Of a DNA stretch of 64,000 nt, positions 9,601 through 20,361 are shown piece by piece (position 1 is the stretch's first letter; each line of letters opens with the position of its first letter). This DNA comes from an uncultured Planctomycetota bacterium (GTDB lineage Bacteria; Planctomycetota; Planctomycetia; Isosphaerales; Isosphaeraceae). Both the position numbers and the translations under genes were made by a program. The notes beneath the pieces are model-generated. The model did not search any database, had not been told where the DNA came from, and saw only the letters and a list, made by a program, of their open reading frames with translations. The DNA is taken from positions 32,001 to 96,000 of the forward strand of contig CAWJTV010000049.1 in assembly GCA_963845755.1 (NCBI GenBank). The letters run 5' to 3'.

Positions 9601-10412
9601 TGGATGAGCTATTCTCTTGCCGCAATTGCATTCACAACGCCGGGCAGAGTCTCCTGATCGGCCAGGGCTCAGGATTCTGCTTGCAGCACGAATCCGTCGT
9701 TTGGGAACCCGATCGAACGACCTGCAAATATCTTCACCGCAAGGATCTGCCTTACTTCGTCGTGGAGGAAGGGATTCGCGAACACGCTGCCGAGTTCGCC
9801 GGATTCCCGTTTCTGGTTTCGCTTCATGAGAAGAAATCGATCGAGCGGATTCCCTACAGCGAGAAGCTTCGATGGGAAAAAAAGTCCTTCGATCCAGTCG
9901 TTCATTCGCTGGCCCAGTATTACAAGGTCCAACCGAGGTGGATCTTGATTTCGGCTCTTTCCGGAGGCGTGGACGGCCGGCGTTCACTCACTCACAGCTC
10001 TCTTGTTCGACATTATATGTATCAGTGTAATACCTGGAAGAGTTCGTATCGCCTAGTACTCGGCCTCTTGGAGGAGATCGACATCAAGCCCCAATTCGAG
10101 CCCCGAGAGATCGTCCGTTCGGAGGGCACTTCCGACGCGGAGGCGGCCGAGGAAGCAACTTGGGATGTGGTCTTCGCTCGCTTGAATGCGGTTCAAGAAT
10201 ATGGCTGGCACGCGGGTCTCGAAACCCTCATGTGGGCCAGCGACGCACTCAACGGCAGCCTGGCTGAGTTGAACTGGCCAGGTCTGCAAGCCGAGTTGGC
10301 GACACATCGCGCGTCGTGGATCAAGCTGATCATCTCGAGTGCGAAGAAGCACCACGAATTCTTCCCGACGCCGGAACCCGGTTCAGGGAGGGCCTCCGAT
10401 GTTGAAGAATGA
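9597..10412 (+). CDS. Hypothetical protein with N-terminal Cys/His cluster (putative Zn-binding)
   Basis: CRNCIHN...FCLQH...TCKYLH; 271-aa soluble ORF coupled to the upstream gene. Confidence 0.7.
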   Translation: MMDELFSCRNCIHNAGQSLLIGQGSGFCLQHESVVWEPDRTTCKYLHRKDLPYFVVEEGIREHAAEFAGFPFLVSLHEKKSIERIPYSEKLRWEKKSFDPVVHSLAQYYKVQPRWILISALSGGVDGRRSLTHSSLVRHYMYQCNTWKSSYRLVLGLLEEIDIKPQFEPREIVRSEGTSDAEAAEEATWDVVFARLNAVQEYGWHAGLETLMWASDALNGSLAELNWPGLQAELATHRASWIKLIISSAKKHHEFFPTPEPGSGRASDVEE

Positions 10413-10464
10413 GTGCCGACGACGCCGATCGCTTTGATTTTCGAAAACTCGTATGAGAACCTCC

Positions 10465-11584
10465 ATGCGGATTACCCGAGTTGAAGCCATCCCCGTCCGC
10501 GTACCACTCAAGGCGGGGATGACCACGAAGACAGCCCACGGCGACCATCACACGTCCGACTACGTGATCGTCCGGGTCCACACCGACGAGGGGATCGTCG
10601 GGTTGGGCGAGGCGACCGTCTCGGCTCTCTGGAGTGGCGAGACAAGCCGGAGCTGTGTCGCCGCCATCGATGACCTGATCGGCCCGGCGCCGTTCGGCTC
10701 CGATCCGACCGGGATTACGGCGATCCGGAAACAGATGGATTACCTCATCAAGCTCAATCCTTTCACGAAGTCGGCCATCGAGATGGCGCTCTGGGACATC
10801 GCGGGCAAGTCCCTGAATGTCCCGGTCTACCAGCTCCTGGGTGGCAAGGTCCGGGACGTCATCCCGACCAAGATGATGATCGGGGCCTTCGACCTGCCTC
10901 GCGTCCGTTCGCTGGCCGAACAATTCCTGAACTGGGGCATCCGCTGCCTCAAGGTCAAGGTCGGGATCGACGTGGCGGGCGATGTCGCGCGGGTTAGGGC
11001 CGTGCGCGACCTGGCCGGCCCCGATATCCCGATCACCATCGATGCGAATTGCGGCTGGAACGTCACCACGGCACGACTCGCGCTGGAACAACTCCGCCCG
11101 TTCCGCTTGCTTGTGGCCGAACAGCCAATCGGGACGGGAGATACCGAGGCGATGGCCAATCTGCGGACGGCCTGCGGCATCCCGATCATGGCCGACGAGA
11201 GCGTGTTCACGCTTGCCGACGCCTGGAATGTGCTCCGCGCACAAGCGGCCGACGTGATCAGCGTTTATCCTGGCAAGAACGGTGGGATTGTTGCATCGAT
11301 CGAGATCGCCCAGGTGGCCCAGGCGGCGGGGATCTCCTGCCACGTCGGCAGTAACCTGGAATTGGGCATCGGCTCGGCCGCGATGCTGCATCTGGCCTGT
11401 GCCGTGCCGAACATCGATAGCGCGACGTACCCTGCCGACATCCTCGGCCCGCATTATCACGAGGCCGATCTGCTCACCGAGCCGCTGGCACTGAACCCGG
11501 ACGGAGCCGCGCGTGCCGGATGGCCCCGGACTCGGAGTCGCGCTGGACGAGGATCAGCTCAATCGGTTCCGAGTCGATCGTTGA
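10465..11584 (+). CDS. Mandelate racemase/muconate-lactonizing enzyme (enolase superfamily); frameshift near 11510
   Basis: 'KSAIEMALWDIAGKSLNVPVYQLLGG', KVKVG, IDAN, EQP, MADES; true C-terminus VPDGPGLGVALDEDQLNRFRVDR* is in a shifted frame ending 11584. Confidence 0.88.
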
Positions 11585-11651
11585 GGGATCGATCGAGCCC
11601 AGCGGTCTTGTGGTACCGTCCGACCTCATCACTCCGAGGGAGACCTCCACG

Positions 11652-12445
11652 ATGCAGCCCGCCGACCCCACCCCGGTCCCGCCACCAGGCTCGATCGAGT
11701 CGCCGTTGGTCACCCCCGGAGCCTCTCTCAAGGTCCCTGTGGGCCGCGGTCGGCTCTGGTCCTGGCGCTGGGAGCGGGACTGGTGGCCGGTCTCCTTTCC
11801 TGGCTCGGTGGTGAGGAGTGCCTCGAACTGATCAAGCCACCGCGCCACTCGGTGAACTCGAAGGGGCTGACTTTGAGGGTCACCAGTCGCCGCGAGGAAG
11901 CGGCCGTCGTCGCCAAGAACGCGGGGCTGGCGTTCCTTCTCCTCGGTGCCGCGCTCGGCGGCGCACTGGGAGCGGCCGGCGGACTGTCCCGCCGGTCCCG
12001 CCGGGCGGCCGTGCAGGCGGCCTGGATTGGCGGGGTGATGGGCGTGGTCGCGGCAGCTGGGATGTCCTTGGCTCTCTTGCCCGCGTACAACGCCTACCAG
12101 CGACGCTATCCGGATGAGGCATCGCGCGACCTGGTCTTGCCCCTGCTTGTCCACGCCGGTATCTGGTCGGCTCTGGGTGCCGCGGGCGGCCTGGCGCTCG
12201 GCGTGGGCCTGGGCGAGCGCGCTCGGATCCCCCGGATCGCGCTGGGCGGATTCCTCGGCGCGGCTGTTGGCGCCGCAGCCTACGAGGTCATCGGTGCTTT
12301 CTTTCCCGCGGCCAGGACCGCGCAGTTCGTATCCGCGACCTGGGAGACCCGCCTGCTCGCCCGCCTCGTCGTCACGCTCCTCGCCTCCGCCGGCGCGGCG
12401 ATAGGTGTGTCCTCACCTTACGCACAGCCGGATTCCACGGGCTGA
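11652..12445 (+). CDS. Gly/Ala-rich planctomycete membrane protein; frameshift near 11760
   Basis: MQPADPTP...GRLWSW joins ALGAGLVAGLLSWLGGE; several Gly-rich TM segments; TGA stop lies within the IS target duplication. Confidence 0.65.
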
Positions 12446-12446
12446 G

Positions 12447-14136
12447 TTCGACTTTTGCCGATTGTTTGGCTTCCGCGGGGCTGCGCCTCCTTGGTGCAAT
12501 AGAGGGTAGGGATCTCCTCTCACATCGCACACAAGGAGGCCGCCATGACTATTGTAACACCTCGACGCCGGAAGCGGATCTCTCGAAAAGACCTCCGCGT
12601 CTTGCGACGGCGACAAGCCCAAAAGGCGCGGGCCGCTCGACACCTACTCGACCGCAATCACGACCAACTCCCCGCGCCGGTCCGCGCCCTCTTCGACCCC
12701 CTGCAACCGGCCTTTCGCCGCACCGTCTACCGCCGGTGGGTTCTGCTGGCGCTGGCCGCCATCCTCACGGTGGGCGGACGCACTCTCTCCAATCTGCTCC
12801 GATGCCTCGGCGGCTTGGCCCCCGGTCATTCGAGTAGTTATCACCGCATCTTCTCCCAGCGCCGCTGGTCCTCCCGCACCCTGGCGCGGCGATACATCGC
12901 CGCCGTGCTGGCGCGATTCGCACCCCAGGGCCTCGTGCCCGTGGTCGGCGACGATACCGTCACCGAACATCCCGGGCCCCGGGTCTACGGCAAAGGGTGT
13001 CACCGCGATCCCGTCCGTTCCACTCACTCGTTCACCGCCTTCCGCTGGGGACACAAGTGGGTCGTCCTGGCCCTGCTGGTCCACTTGCCGTTTTCCCGCC
13101 GGCCCTGGGCTTTGCCGTTGATGGTGTCGTTGTATCGGCCCGAGGACAAGGCGACCGACGGGGTTACCAAGCGGTGCGCACAAGACCCCGGCGGATTTGC
13201 TGGCACAGATGCTCCGCATCCTGATCCGCTGGTTCCCGGAGCGAACGTGGCTCGCCACGGCCGACGGCGATTACGCGACCCACGAACTGGCCGAATTGGC
13301 CACGGCCAACCCCAAGCGGCTGACGTTCGTCAGCAAGTTCTACCCCAACGCCAATCTGTTCGAGCCGTCGCCGCCGGTCTCGGGCAAGCGGCCGGCCCAT
13401 CGTCCCCGCAAGAAGGGGAAGGCACTGCCCAAGCCGGCCCAGGTGGTGCGCGACTGCCGTCAGCCCTCGGTGCTGAAGGTCGCTTGGTACGGAGGGGGAC
13501 GCCGCCGTGTGGAAGTAGTCAGTGGCCGAGGTCACTGGTATCGCGGTGGTCGGCCCTTGGTGCCGGTGCTCTGGGTCTTCGTCCGCGACCGGACTGGGAC
13601 GCACCGGGACGAGTATTTCTTCACGACCGACCTGACCATGAGCCCCCAGGCGGTGATCGAGACCTACACCGGTCGCTGGTCGATCGAGACGACCTTTCAA
13701 GAAGTCCGTTCCTACCTCGGCCTGGAGACGACGCGGGGCTGGAGTCGGCGGACCGTCTTGCGGGCGGCACCGTGCCTGTTTTGCCTGTATACCGTGGTGG
13801 CGTGGTTGTACACGGAGATGCCCAGACGGTACACACGCGCGGGTGGTGGATTGGCCGGGAAAGTGCGACGTGACGTTCTCGGATGCCATCACGGCGGTAC
13901 GGCGCTGGCTGTGGGTGGAATGGGTTTTTGCAATCCCTGGTCATCGCGAAGCCTTTTCAAAACTCGGTCGTCCTTTGAGGCAGATCCTGCTCAATGGACT
14001 GGCCCCGGCCGCCTGAGACGGGCCGCCGGGCCACGTTAAGGAAGCCCGCGCGGGGCGAATTGCGGTCGTGCGGCGCCCCCGCTCGATCGCGGTGTGCGCC
14101 GCGGGCGTCGAGGTGTTAGAATCGGCCAAAGTCGAA
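12447..14136 (+). mobile_element. IS701-like/DDE_5 insertion sequence
   Basis: Terminal IRs TTCGACTTTTGCCGATT (from 12447) and AATCGGCCAAAGTCGAA (to 14136), 16/17 match; flanked by 5-bp direct repeat CTGAG (12442-12446, 14137-14141). Confidence 0.85.
12545..14016 (+). CDS. DDE transposase (IS701-like); frameshifts near 13175 and 13845
   Basis: 'VGDDTVTEHPG...HRDPVRS', 'ADGDYA', 'YTGRWSIETTFQEVRSYLGLE'; C-terminus VTFSDAITAVRRWLW...GLAPAA* ends 14016. Confidence 0.85.
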
Positions 14137-14140
14137 CTGA

Positions 14141-14260
14141 GAGTCTGTTCCAGAAGGGGCCGGTCCGGGCGAGCGGGGGGGCGTCAGCCCCCTGTCTTGG
14201 AGGTCCGTCGCTCACCGGACAGGGGGCTGACGCCCCCGCTCGCCCTTCTGGGACAGACTC
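14141..14260. mobile_element. MITE/REP-like palindromic element with IS5(IS1031)-like ends
   Basis: IR GAGTCTGTTCCAGAAGGG / CCCTTCTGGGACAGACTC (17/18), flanked by TGA on both sides; long internal hairpin GGGCGAGCGGGGG..CGTCAGCCCCCTGTC / GACAGGGGGCTGACGCCCCCGCTCGCCC. Confidence 0.75.
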
Positions 14261-14318
14261 TGAGAGGTCGGGCAGAATCCATTTAAAATTCCAAATTAGA
14301 TTGATATCATTGATTCGC

Positions 14319-16211
14319 TTACTTCTCGCGCGGTTCGACGACCCGGTAGGTCGCATTGGGCGAGAGGTGCTCCCGGGCGCTGACCGTTCCCGACGGCCAG
14401 CGGATGCTCAGCCGCGTGACCTCATCGACCGGGCCCAGGCCGATCAGCAATCGCGGGTCGTTGGTTGACTGCATGCTACACCCCCCCTGGCGCTGCCGGG
14501 TGATGGTCCGGCCGCCGGCTTCGACCTCCACGCGGGCGCCGATGGCGTCGCGGTTGCTCCGGGTCCCGACCAGGATCAGGCGGATCCAACGGTTCGCGCC
14601 CGGCGTGTCATTGCGGAGGATGGCCGGGGCGTCGTCCATGTGGTTGACGACGATGTCGATATCGCCATCGTCGTCGAGGTCGCCGAACGCGGCGCCGCGG
14701 GCGACGTGCCTGGTGGCGAAGTACGGCCCCACGTCGCGCGTGGACAGCTCGAACCGACGCGCGTCGTCCCCCTTGGCCCCCGCGGCCGGGACGTTGCGGT
14801 ACAGGAGCGGCGGTTCCGAGTAACTGAGCGTGGGCGCGAGGTCCTTCCGGTTGTCGTCGATGTGTCCGTTGGCGACGAACACGTCGGGCCAACCATCCGT
14901 GTCGAAGTCCGCGAGCTGCGCAGCCCCAACCCACCCACGGCTTGCTGTCGGCGACCAGTCCGACGGCGGCCGACGCGTCGCGAAACAAGACCGGCGCGAT
15001 CGTCCGGTCGGCCGGGATCGGATCCTGTGACGGGCCGGAGCAGTTCCGATAATAGGCCGTGTATTCGTTCTGGAAGTTGGTCACGAGCAACTCGGGGCGA
15101 CCGTCACCGTCGCAGTCCTGGGCGTTGACCCCCATGCTCGACTGCGCCAGTCCCCGATCGTCGTATGCGGCGCCCGAGGTGTCGGTCGCGTCCTCGAACG
15201 TCCCATCGCCCCGGTTGAGGAACAGGAAATTGGGGTTCCGGTCGTTTGCGACATACAGGTTGACCCGGCCGTCGCCGTTGAGATCGGACGCGACTACACC
15301 GAAGCCATGTCCGTCGGTGCGGCCGACGCCGGCCTGGTCGGTCACGTCGCGGAAGGTGCCGTCGCCGTTGTTTCGGTAGAGAAAGTGCTTGGTCGTGCGG
15401 ACGTCCCAGGGCGAACAGAAGAGCGGGACCCGCTCGTTGCCGCAGCGATGCTCATCTTGCGGGTAGATCCAATCCCCATAGTTCGCGACGTAAATATCCA
15501 GGTCGCCGTCGTTGTCATAATCGAGCATCGCCCCGCCGGAGGACCAGCTCGGCCGGTCAATGCCGGCCGAACGACTCACGTCCCGGAACGAGCCGTCGCC
15601 GTTGTTGAGGTACAGGACATTCGGCCCGTAATTGCACAGGAAGACATCCGGGTCGGCGTCGTTGTCGACGTCGCCGACGATGATCCCGTGGCAGAACCCT
15701 CGGTATCCGAGGCCCGATGAATCGGTCACGTCGCAGAACGTGCCACCGCCGAGGTTCTTGTACAGCCGGTTCGGGCCCGTCTCGCGCTTCCCAGCGGGAT
15801 CGCGGTGCAGGTGGCGAAGTAGAGATCCACCCGGCCGTCGCCGTCATAGTCGAAGATCGCCACGCCCGAACCGAAGGCCGTCGGATAGAGCTTCCGCCGG
15901 TCCATGCCCGAGACGTGGACGAAGTCGATGCCGCAGGTAGGGCGGATGTCGTGGAACCGGAACGGGCTCGGATCCTTCGAGATGCTCGACGTGGTATCCC
16001 CGAGGGCGAAGAACGTGGCGTGGGCGCTCAAGCCCGGCTGGCGGTGGACGCCGAGGTGGCGCATCCGGGGATCCTCCGTCGGAGCGGGAGCCGAGGTGGT
16101 TTCGGGCGAGGGATCGGCGGCAGGCTCCTCGCAGCCGATGGGCAGCGCGCCGAAGCAGGCGATGGCCAGATAGCCGGCCGCGAGGCGACCATGGCGAGTC
16201 GGGCGCGCCAT
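14319..16211 (-). CDS. CRTAC1-family FG-GAP repeat protein with C-terminal ASPIC/UnbV domain (frameshifts near 15780 and 14925)
   Basis: Repeated DxDxDGxxD motifs, 'GSGVAIFDYDGDG', 'SNRDAIGARVEV...GGCSMQSTNDPRLLIGLG...IRWPSG'; N-terminal lipobox-like ALPIGC; three ORF pieces. Confidence 0.88.
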
Positions 16212-16236
16212 ACGTTCTTGCGCTCCTCGGCCGCAA

Positions 16237-16461
16237 TTATGGCTTGCTGAGGTTGGGGTTCTTCATCCCGGGTTTCATCTGGTATCGCCCATCCTTGCCG
16301 ATCAGCTTCTTGTAGTCATCCCCGGGCTCCTTGAGCCCACGGTTGCCACCGACCTTGCTCAGATCGACCTTGGATGCCGGAATTTCCGGTTCCGACCCGC
16401 AGCCGGAACCGAGGCCCATCAGGACGACGAGACCGAGCGTCGCGCGAAGACATCGCTTCAA
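16237..16461 (-). CDS. Small lipoprotein downstream of DUF1559 gene
   Basis: Signal peptide with lipobox LGSGC; GGAG RBS upstream; typical DUF1559 partner position. Confidence 0.7.
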   Translation of the reverse strand: MKRCLRATLGLVVLMGLGSGCGSEPEIPASKVDLSKVGGNRGLKEPGDDYKKLIGKDGRYQMKPGMKNPNLSKP

Positions 16462-16501
16462 GGGACACTCCTAACGCGACCTTCGGCCGCAAGGCAGGTG
16501 G

Positions 16502-16629
16502 GATTCTCGATTCCGGATTCCGGATTCCAGATTCAAAATCCAAGATTCCGGATTCCGGATTCCAGATTCAAAATCCAAGATTCAAGATGTCGGAATCGTC
16601 TTCTTGGATCATCTGGAATCCTTTGAATC
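16502..16629. repeat. Heptamer (GATTCCR/GATTCAA/AATCCAA) tandem tract with inverted copies
   Basis: 12 consecutive 7-mers 16502-16585, including an exact 35-bp duplication (16509-16543 = 16544-16578); inverted units CGGAATC, TGGAATC, TTGAATC follow. Confidence 0.9.
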
Positions 16630-16691
16630 TTCAATGTTGAAGCGACAACACGCCAGATGCATGCGAGGGGCCGGACCCCGCGGAGCAACGA

Positions 16692-17849
16692 TCAATACGA
16701 ATCGGAGCTGATGACCTCGCCGCGATTGCGGGAGCCCAGCGCCCACCACGTCTGCAAGTTGACCGTGTCCTTGATGAACTGCACGTGGCCGTCGCCCATG
16801 CAGACGTTGACACCGCCGGGATGATTGCTGTTGGCCGTGGACGCCCCCAGCCAGCCGCCGCCCGAGCCGTCGGAGGTGAAATTGCCCTGGGCACCGAAGA
16901 AGCCACTCTCCGCGCCGGTACACGTGTAGCCATTCGGCGTCATCACGTGTGAGTAAGAGAGGTTGATGGTGTCGTAGCCCTGGGTGTAGAGCCAGGCGTA
17001 TCCGCTGCCGGAATCCTCCGAGGGCGCTGTCCCGCCGGGGATGCTCTTGCACAACGCGACGAGCTGCGTCGCCACAGCGACGCCCGCGGCGCCCTGGTCT
17101 GGCAACGGAGCCACCGAGCTGATCTGGAAGAGAGCTCGCTTCGCCAACCCGGTGCCGGCAACATAGGGTGAGACGTAGCCGGATTGCAGGCCGTCAAGGC
17201 CATTGCCGGCGCCCAGCAGGTGCTCGCTGAACATCGCCGTATTGCTCGTCCCATCCGTGACCGAGGCGATCGAGACCGGGGCGAGGTTGGGGCTGGTCAC
17301 GAATTCATCTCCGCGAGACGGCACGATGATGCCGTTGCACGAGGAGATCATGCCCGGGCCGCCGTAGTTACCGGCGTAGTTGCACATGGCCCAGTCGCCG
17401 GAGTAGCTCACCTGGTGCGAGATGCTCTCCGAGGGGCAGAGCAGGCTCGCGATCGACATCAAGCCGGCCGTCGAGTTGGCCATGCCGCCGATCGGGTTCG
17501 GGCTGACGAAGCCGATCTCGAGCATCGGAAGGTTGAAGTTGATCGCATTATAGGCGGGCTGCTGCTCCATTTCCGGCAGGATGAAGGTGACCCACGAGGG
17601 CTCCCACGCCCAGCCCGGATTGATGGTGTTGTTGATCGACTGGCTCGGGTAGACGTTCATTATCGAGATGTAATTATGCGAAGCCAAGCCGAGCTGCTTG
17701 AGATTGTTGGTGCACTGCGCGCGCCGGGCGGCCTCGCGCGCCGATTGCACGGCCGGCAATAACAAGGCGATCAACACCGCGATGATGGCAATGACGACGA
17801 GCAATTCGATGAGGGTAAATCCTCGCCTCTTGCGGCTGGAATAGCTCAT
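16692..17849 (-). CDS. DUF1559 (SBP_bac_10) prepilin-type N-terminal cleavage/methylation protein
   Basis: '[49 protein letters not shown]', 'TDGTSNT', C-terminal '[14 protein letters not shown]' (H-X9-DG). Confidence 0.96.
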   Translation of the reverse strand: MSYSSRKRRGFTLIELLVVIAIIAVLIALLLPAVQSAREAARRAQCTNNLKQLGLASHNYISIMNVYPSQSINNTINPGWAWEPSWVTFILPEMEQQPAYNAINFNLPMLEIGFVSPNPIGGMANSTAGLMSIASLLCPSESISHQVSYSGDWAMCNYAGNYGGPGMISSCNGIIVPSRGDEFVTSPNLAPVSIASVTDGTSNTAMFSEHLLGAGNGLDGLQSGYVSPYVAGTGLAKRALFQISSVAPLPDQGAAGVAVATQLVALCKSIPGGTAPSEDSGSGYAWLYTQGYDTINLSYSHVMTPNGYTCTGAESGFFGAQGNFTSDGSGGGWLGASTANSNHPGGVNVCMGDGHVQFIKDTVNLQTWWALGSRNRGEVISSDSY

Positions 17850-17965
17850 GAAATCGGTCCTTTCGATCGAGCGCACGACCCTTGACGATGAAGCGAGATG
17901 AGCAACTTAATTGTAAAGCAATCTTCAAAATACCGTCAAGGGAGCAGACAATCAGCAACCCTCGT

Positions 17966-20317
17966 TCACGGCATCCGGATCGGTGGGGCATCGAGGATTT
18001 GGAGGTCCTCCCGCCCTTCGGTGATCTCGATGGAGCGGTCGATGGGGACGTGGGAAAACGTCTGGCGGATCCCACTGGTCGGCCAGAAGACCTGGAGCGC
18101 GCGGATCATCTCGGCCCGACCCAGACCGACGGTGCAGGCCAGGGGATTGCCGCCGAAGCTTGATCCGGACGTGATGGTCCGGTAGCGGGAGACGACCGAT
18201 TCGCCGGTACCCGGTAGGTCGACCCGGATGCGGGCGCCAGGGCGGCGCGGTTGGTCCGAACGCCGATGAGCTTGACGGTCAGCCAGTGGTGACCGGACCC
18301 GGGGTTCTGGAACAGAACATTATGGGCCCGATCGCCCGGGGCGGCGCCACCGGCTTCGAGGAAGATGTCGGCGTCGCCGTCGCGGTCCCAATCGGCGAAG
18401 GCCACGCCATGACCCTTCTGGAGATGGCCGGTCCCCGTCAACGCGGTGATGTCCTCGAATCGCTGGCCGTCCTCGTTGCGGAGCAGCACGTTGGGCATCA
18501 GGTAGGAATACGACGGCCGCCCGGTCGCCAGGTAGATGTCCAGGAAGCCGTCATTGTCGATGTCGCCGAAGTTCGAGCCCATCGGCAAGACGACCCGATC
18601 GAGCCCGACCTCGGCCGTCACGTCGAGGAAGGACCGCGATGCGCCGAGATTGCGATACAGGCGAGGCCGCTCACCCGACGCCGGCCGGCCGAGCTGGTCG
18701 CGAATGACCTCGGACAACGTCGCGTGGTTCGGGTTGACCCAGAGATCGAGCCGGCCGTCGTTATCGAAGTCCCAGAACCAGCAGGCGAAGCCATTGATCG
18801 GCCCCGTCACACCCAGCGCGGTGGCGACGTCGAGGAACGTGCCGTCGCCCTGATTGTGATAGAGGCGAGGAGGCTGACCGAGATTCGAGACGAACAGGTC
18901 GGGCCGGCCGTCGTCGTCGTAGTCGCCCCAGGCGACCCCTTTGCCGAACTGATCGTTGGTCACGCCGGCCGCCTCGGCAACATCGAGGAACGTGCCATCG
19001 CCCCGATTGTGGTAGAGCCGGCCCCGGTTGCGACGGTCGGGGCGCTGGGGATCGAGCTCGCCCGCGACGTACAGATCGACGTGACCGTCGTTGTCGTAGT
19101 CGGCCCAGCCGGCCGCCTGCGACGCGATCGGCTCGCGCAGGCCGGCCGACAGGGTGACGTCCTCGAATCGGCCGCCGCGATTGCGGAGCAACGTCATCCG
19201 CCGAGGGAGTTCCCAGGCACCTCGGAGCATCAGGATGTCGAGCTTGCCGTCGTTGTCGTAATCGGCGTGGCAGGCATTGAGCGACAGGACCTGGTCGGCC
19301 AGGCCGGCTGCGTCGGAGAGGTCCTCAAACCGCCCGTCGCCACGGTTCCGAAGCAGCAAGGCCCCGCGCTCGGGGTCGGTCGTCGGCATGAAGACGTCGA
19401 GGCGCCCGTCGCCGTCGAAGTCGTCAACCAGGCAAGCGCCGGCCATCGACTCACCGCGCGGCGTTGAGCCCGACGCGGGATGCTACGTTGACCATCCTGT
19501 GCGGGCTGTCCCCCGTCGTGGCGAACCGGCCCAGCGGCAGGAGAAACCTGGGTGGGACACGTTCGGGGTATTCGCCCAGGGTCATGTAGGCGACGTTCAA
19601 GAGCCAGCGAACTCCCAGGTCTTCCGGCCGTTGCCGGAGGTAGCGCGTGAAGTGCTCGATGGCCTCGCGCGAGCCGGCAGTCCGCTGGTGGACCGCGGAA
19701 GCCGCCAGGGGGAAGATGCAGCTCGCCTCGTTGCAGCAGGCCACGCAGTTCTCGATCTCGCCGCGCCGCAGGGCGGCGACGCCCCGCAACGCGTCCATGT
19801 TGGCCCGCGCCAGCGACGAGCGCGCGGGATCGGCGTCCTGCGCCTGGGCGAACTCGGCGCCGGCCTCTTGCCAACGGCCGTCGTACATCAGCAACGAACC
19901 GATGATGAGGTGGATGTTCGCCGTTGTGGACGGAGTCGCCGGATCGCCGGGCGGCAGGCTGGCAAGCTTGTCCTCCAGGTAGGTAATCCCCCGCTGACCT
20001 CGCCCCACGACCGACTCTCGAATCTGCGTCAGCGAAGTTGGGTCGGTGATGGGTTTCGAGAAGCGGATCGCGGTCGCGTAGCCGCTGTCATCGAAGTTGA
20101 TGTCCGAGAATGGCGGCTCCTCGGCGTCCGGTCGCGCCGCGGCTGGCCGCGGCGCCGGCGGTCGCCGGGTCCGGACCACGACCCATCGCCAGGCCCGCAG
20201 GGGTAAGGTCGCCGGGTCCGCGTCCGTCAGCGCGAGGCACACTCCCAGGCATAGAGCGACCAGCCCCAGGCCGATCAGGGGGACCTTCCATAGGACGCGA
20301 CCTCGACCATGTTTCAT
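17966..20317 (-). CDS. CRTAC1-family FG-GAP/ASPIC-UnbV protein with N-terminal TM and TPR-like region (frameshifts near 19450 and 18240)
   Basis: 'RRGEIENCVACCNEASCIFP', many DxDxDG repeats, 'GHLQKGHGVAFADWDRDGD'; shifted C-terminus GARIRVD...SGSSFGGNP...FWPTSG...PIRMP* ends 17966. Confidence 0.88.
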
Positions 20318-20361
20318 GGTCTTGCTCCCGGAGGCAGCCCAGATGGGGCTTCCGATCGAGG

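Noticed and set aside
11585..11814. Arg/Pro-rich C-terminal extension of the enolase ORF
   Set aside because: Artefact of the frameshift near 11510; the canonical PxGPGLG ending is in another frame and stops at 11584
16502..16629. Possible CRISPR array (35-bp repeated unit)
   Set aside because: Units are directly adjacent with no unique spacers and decompose into 7-mers; no cas genes in the window
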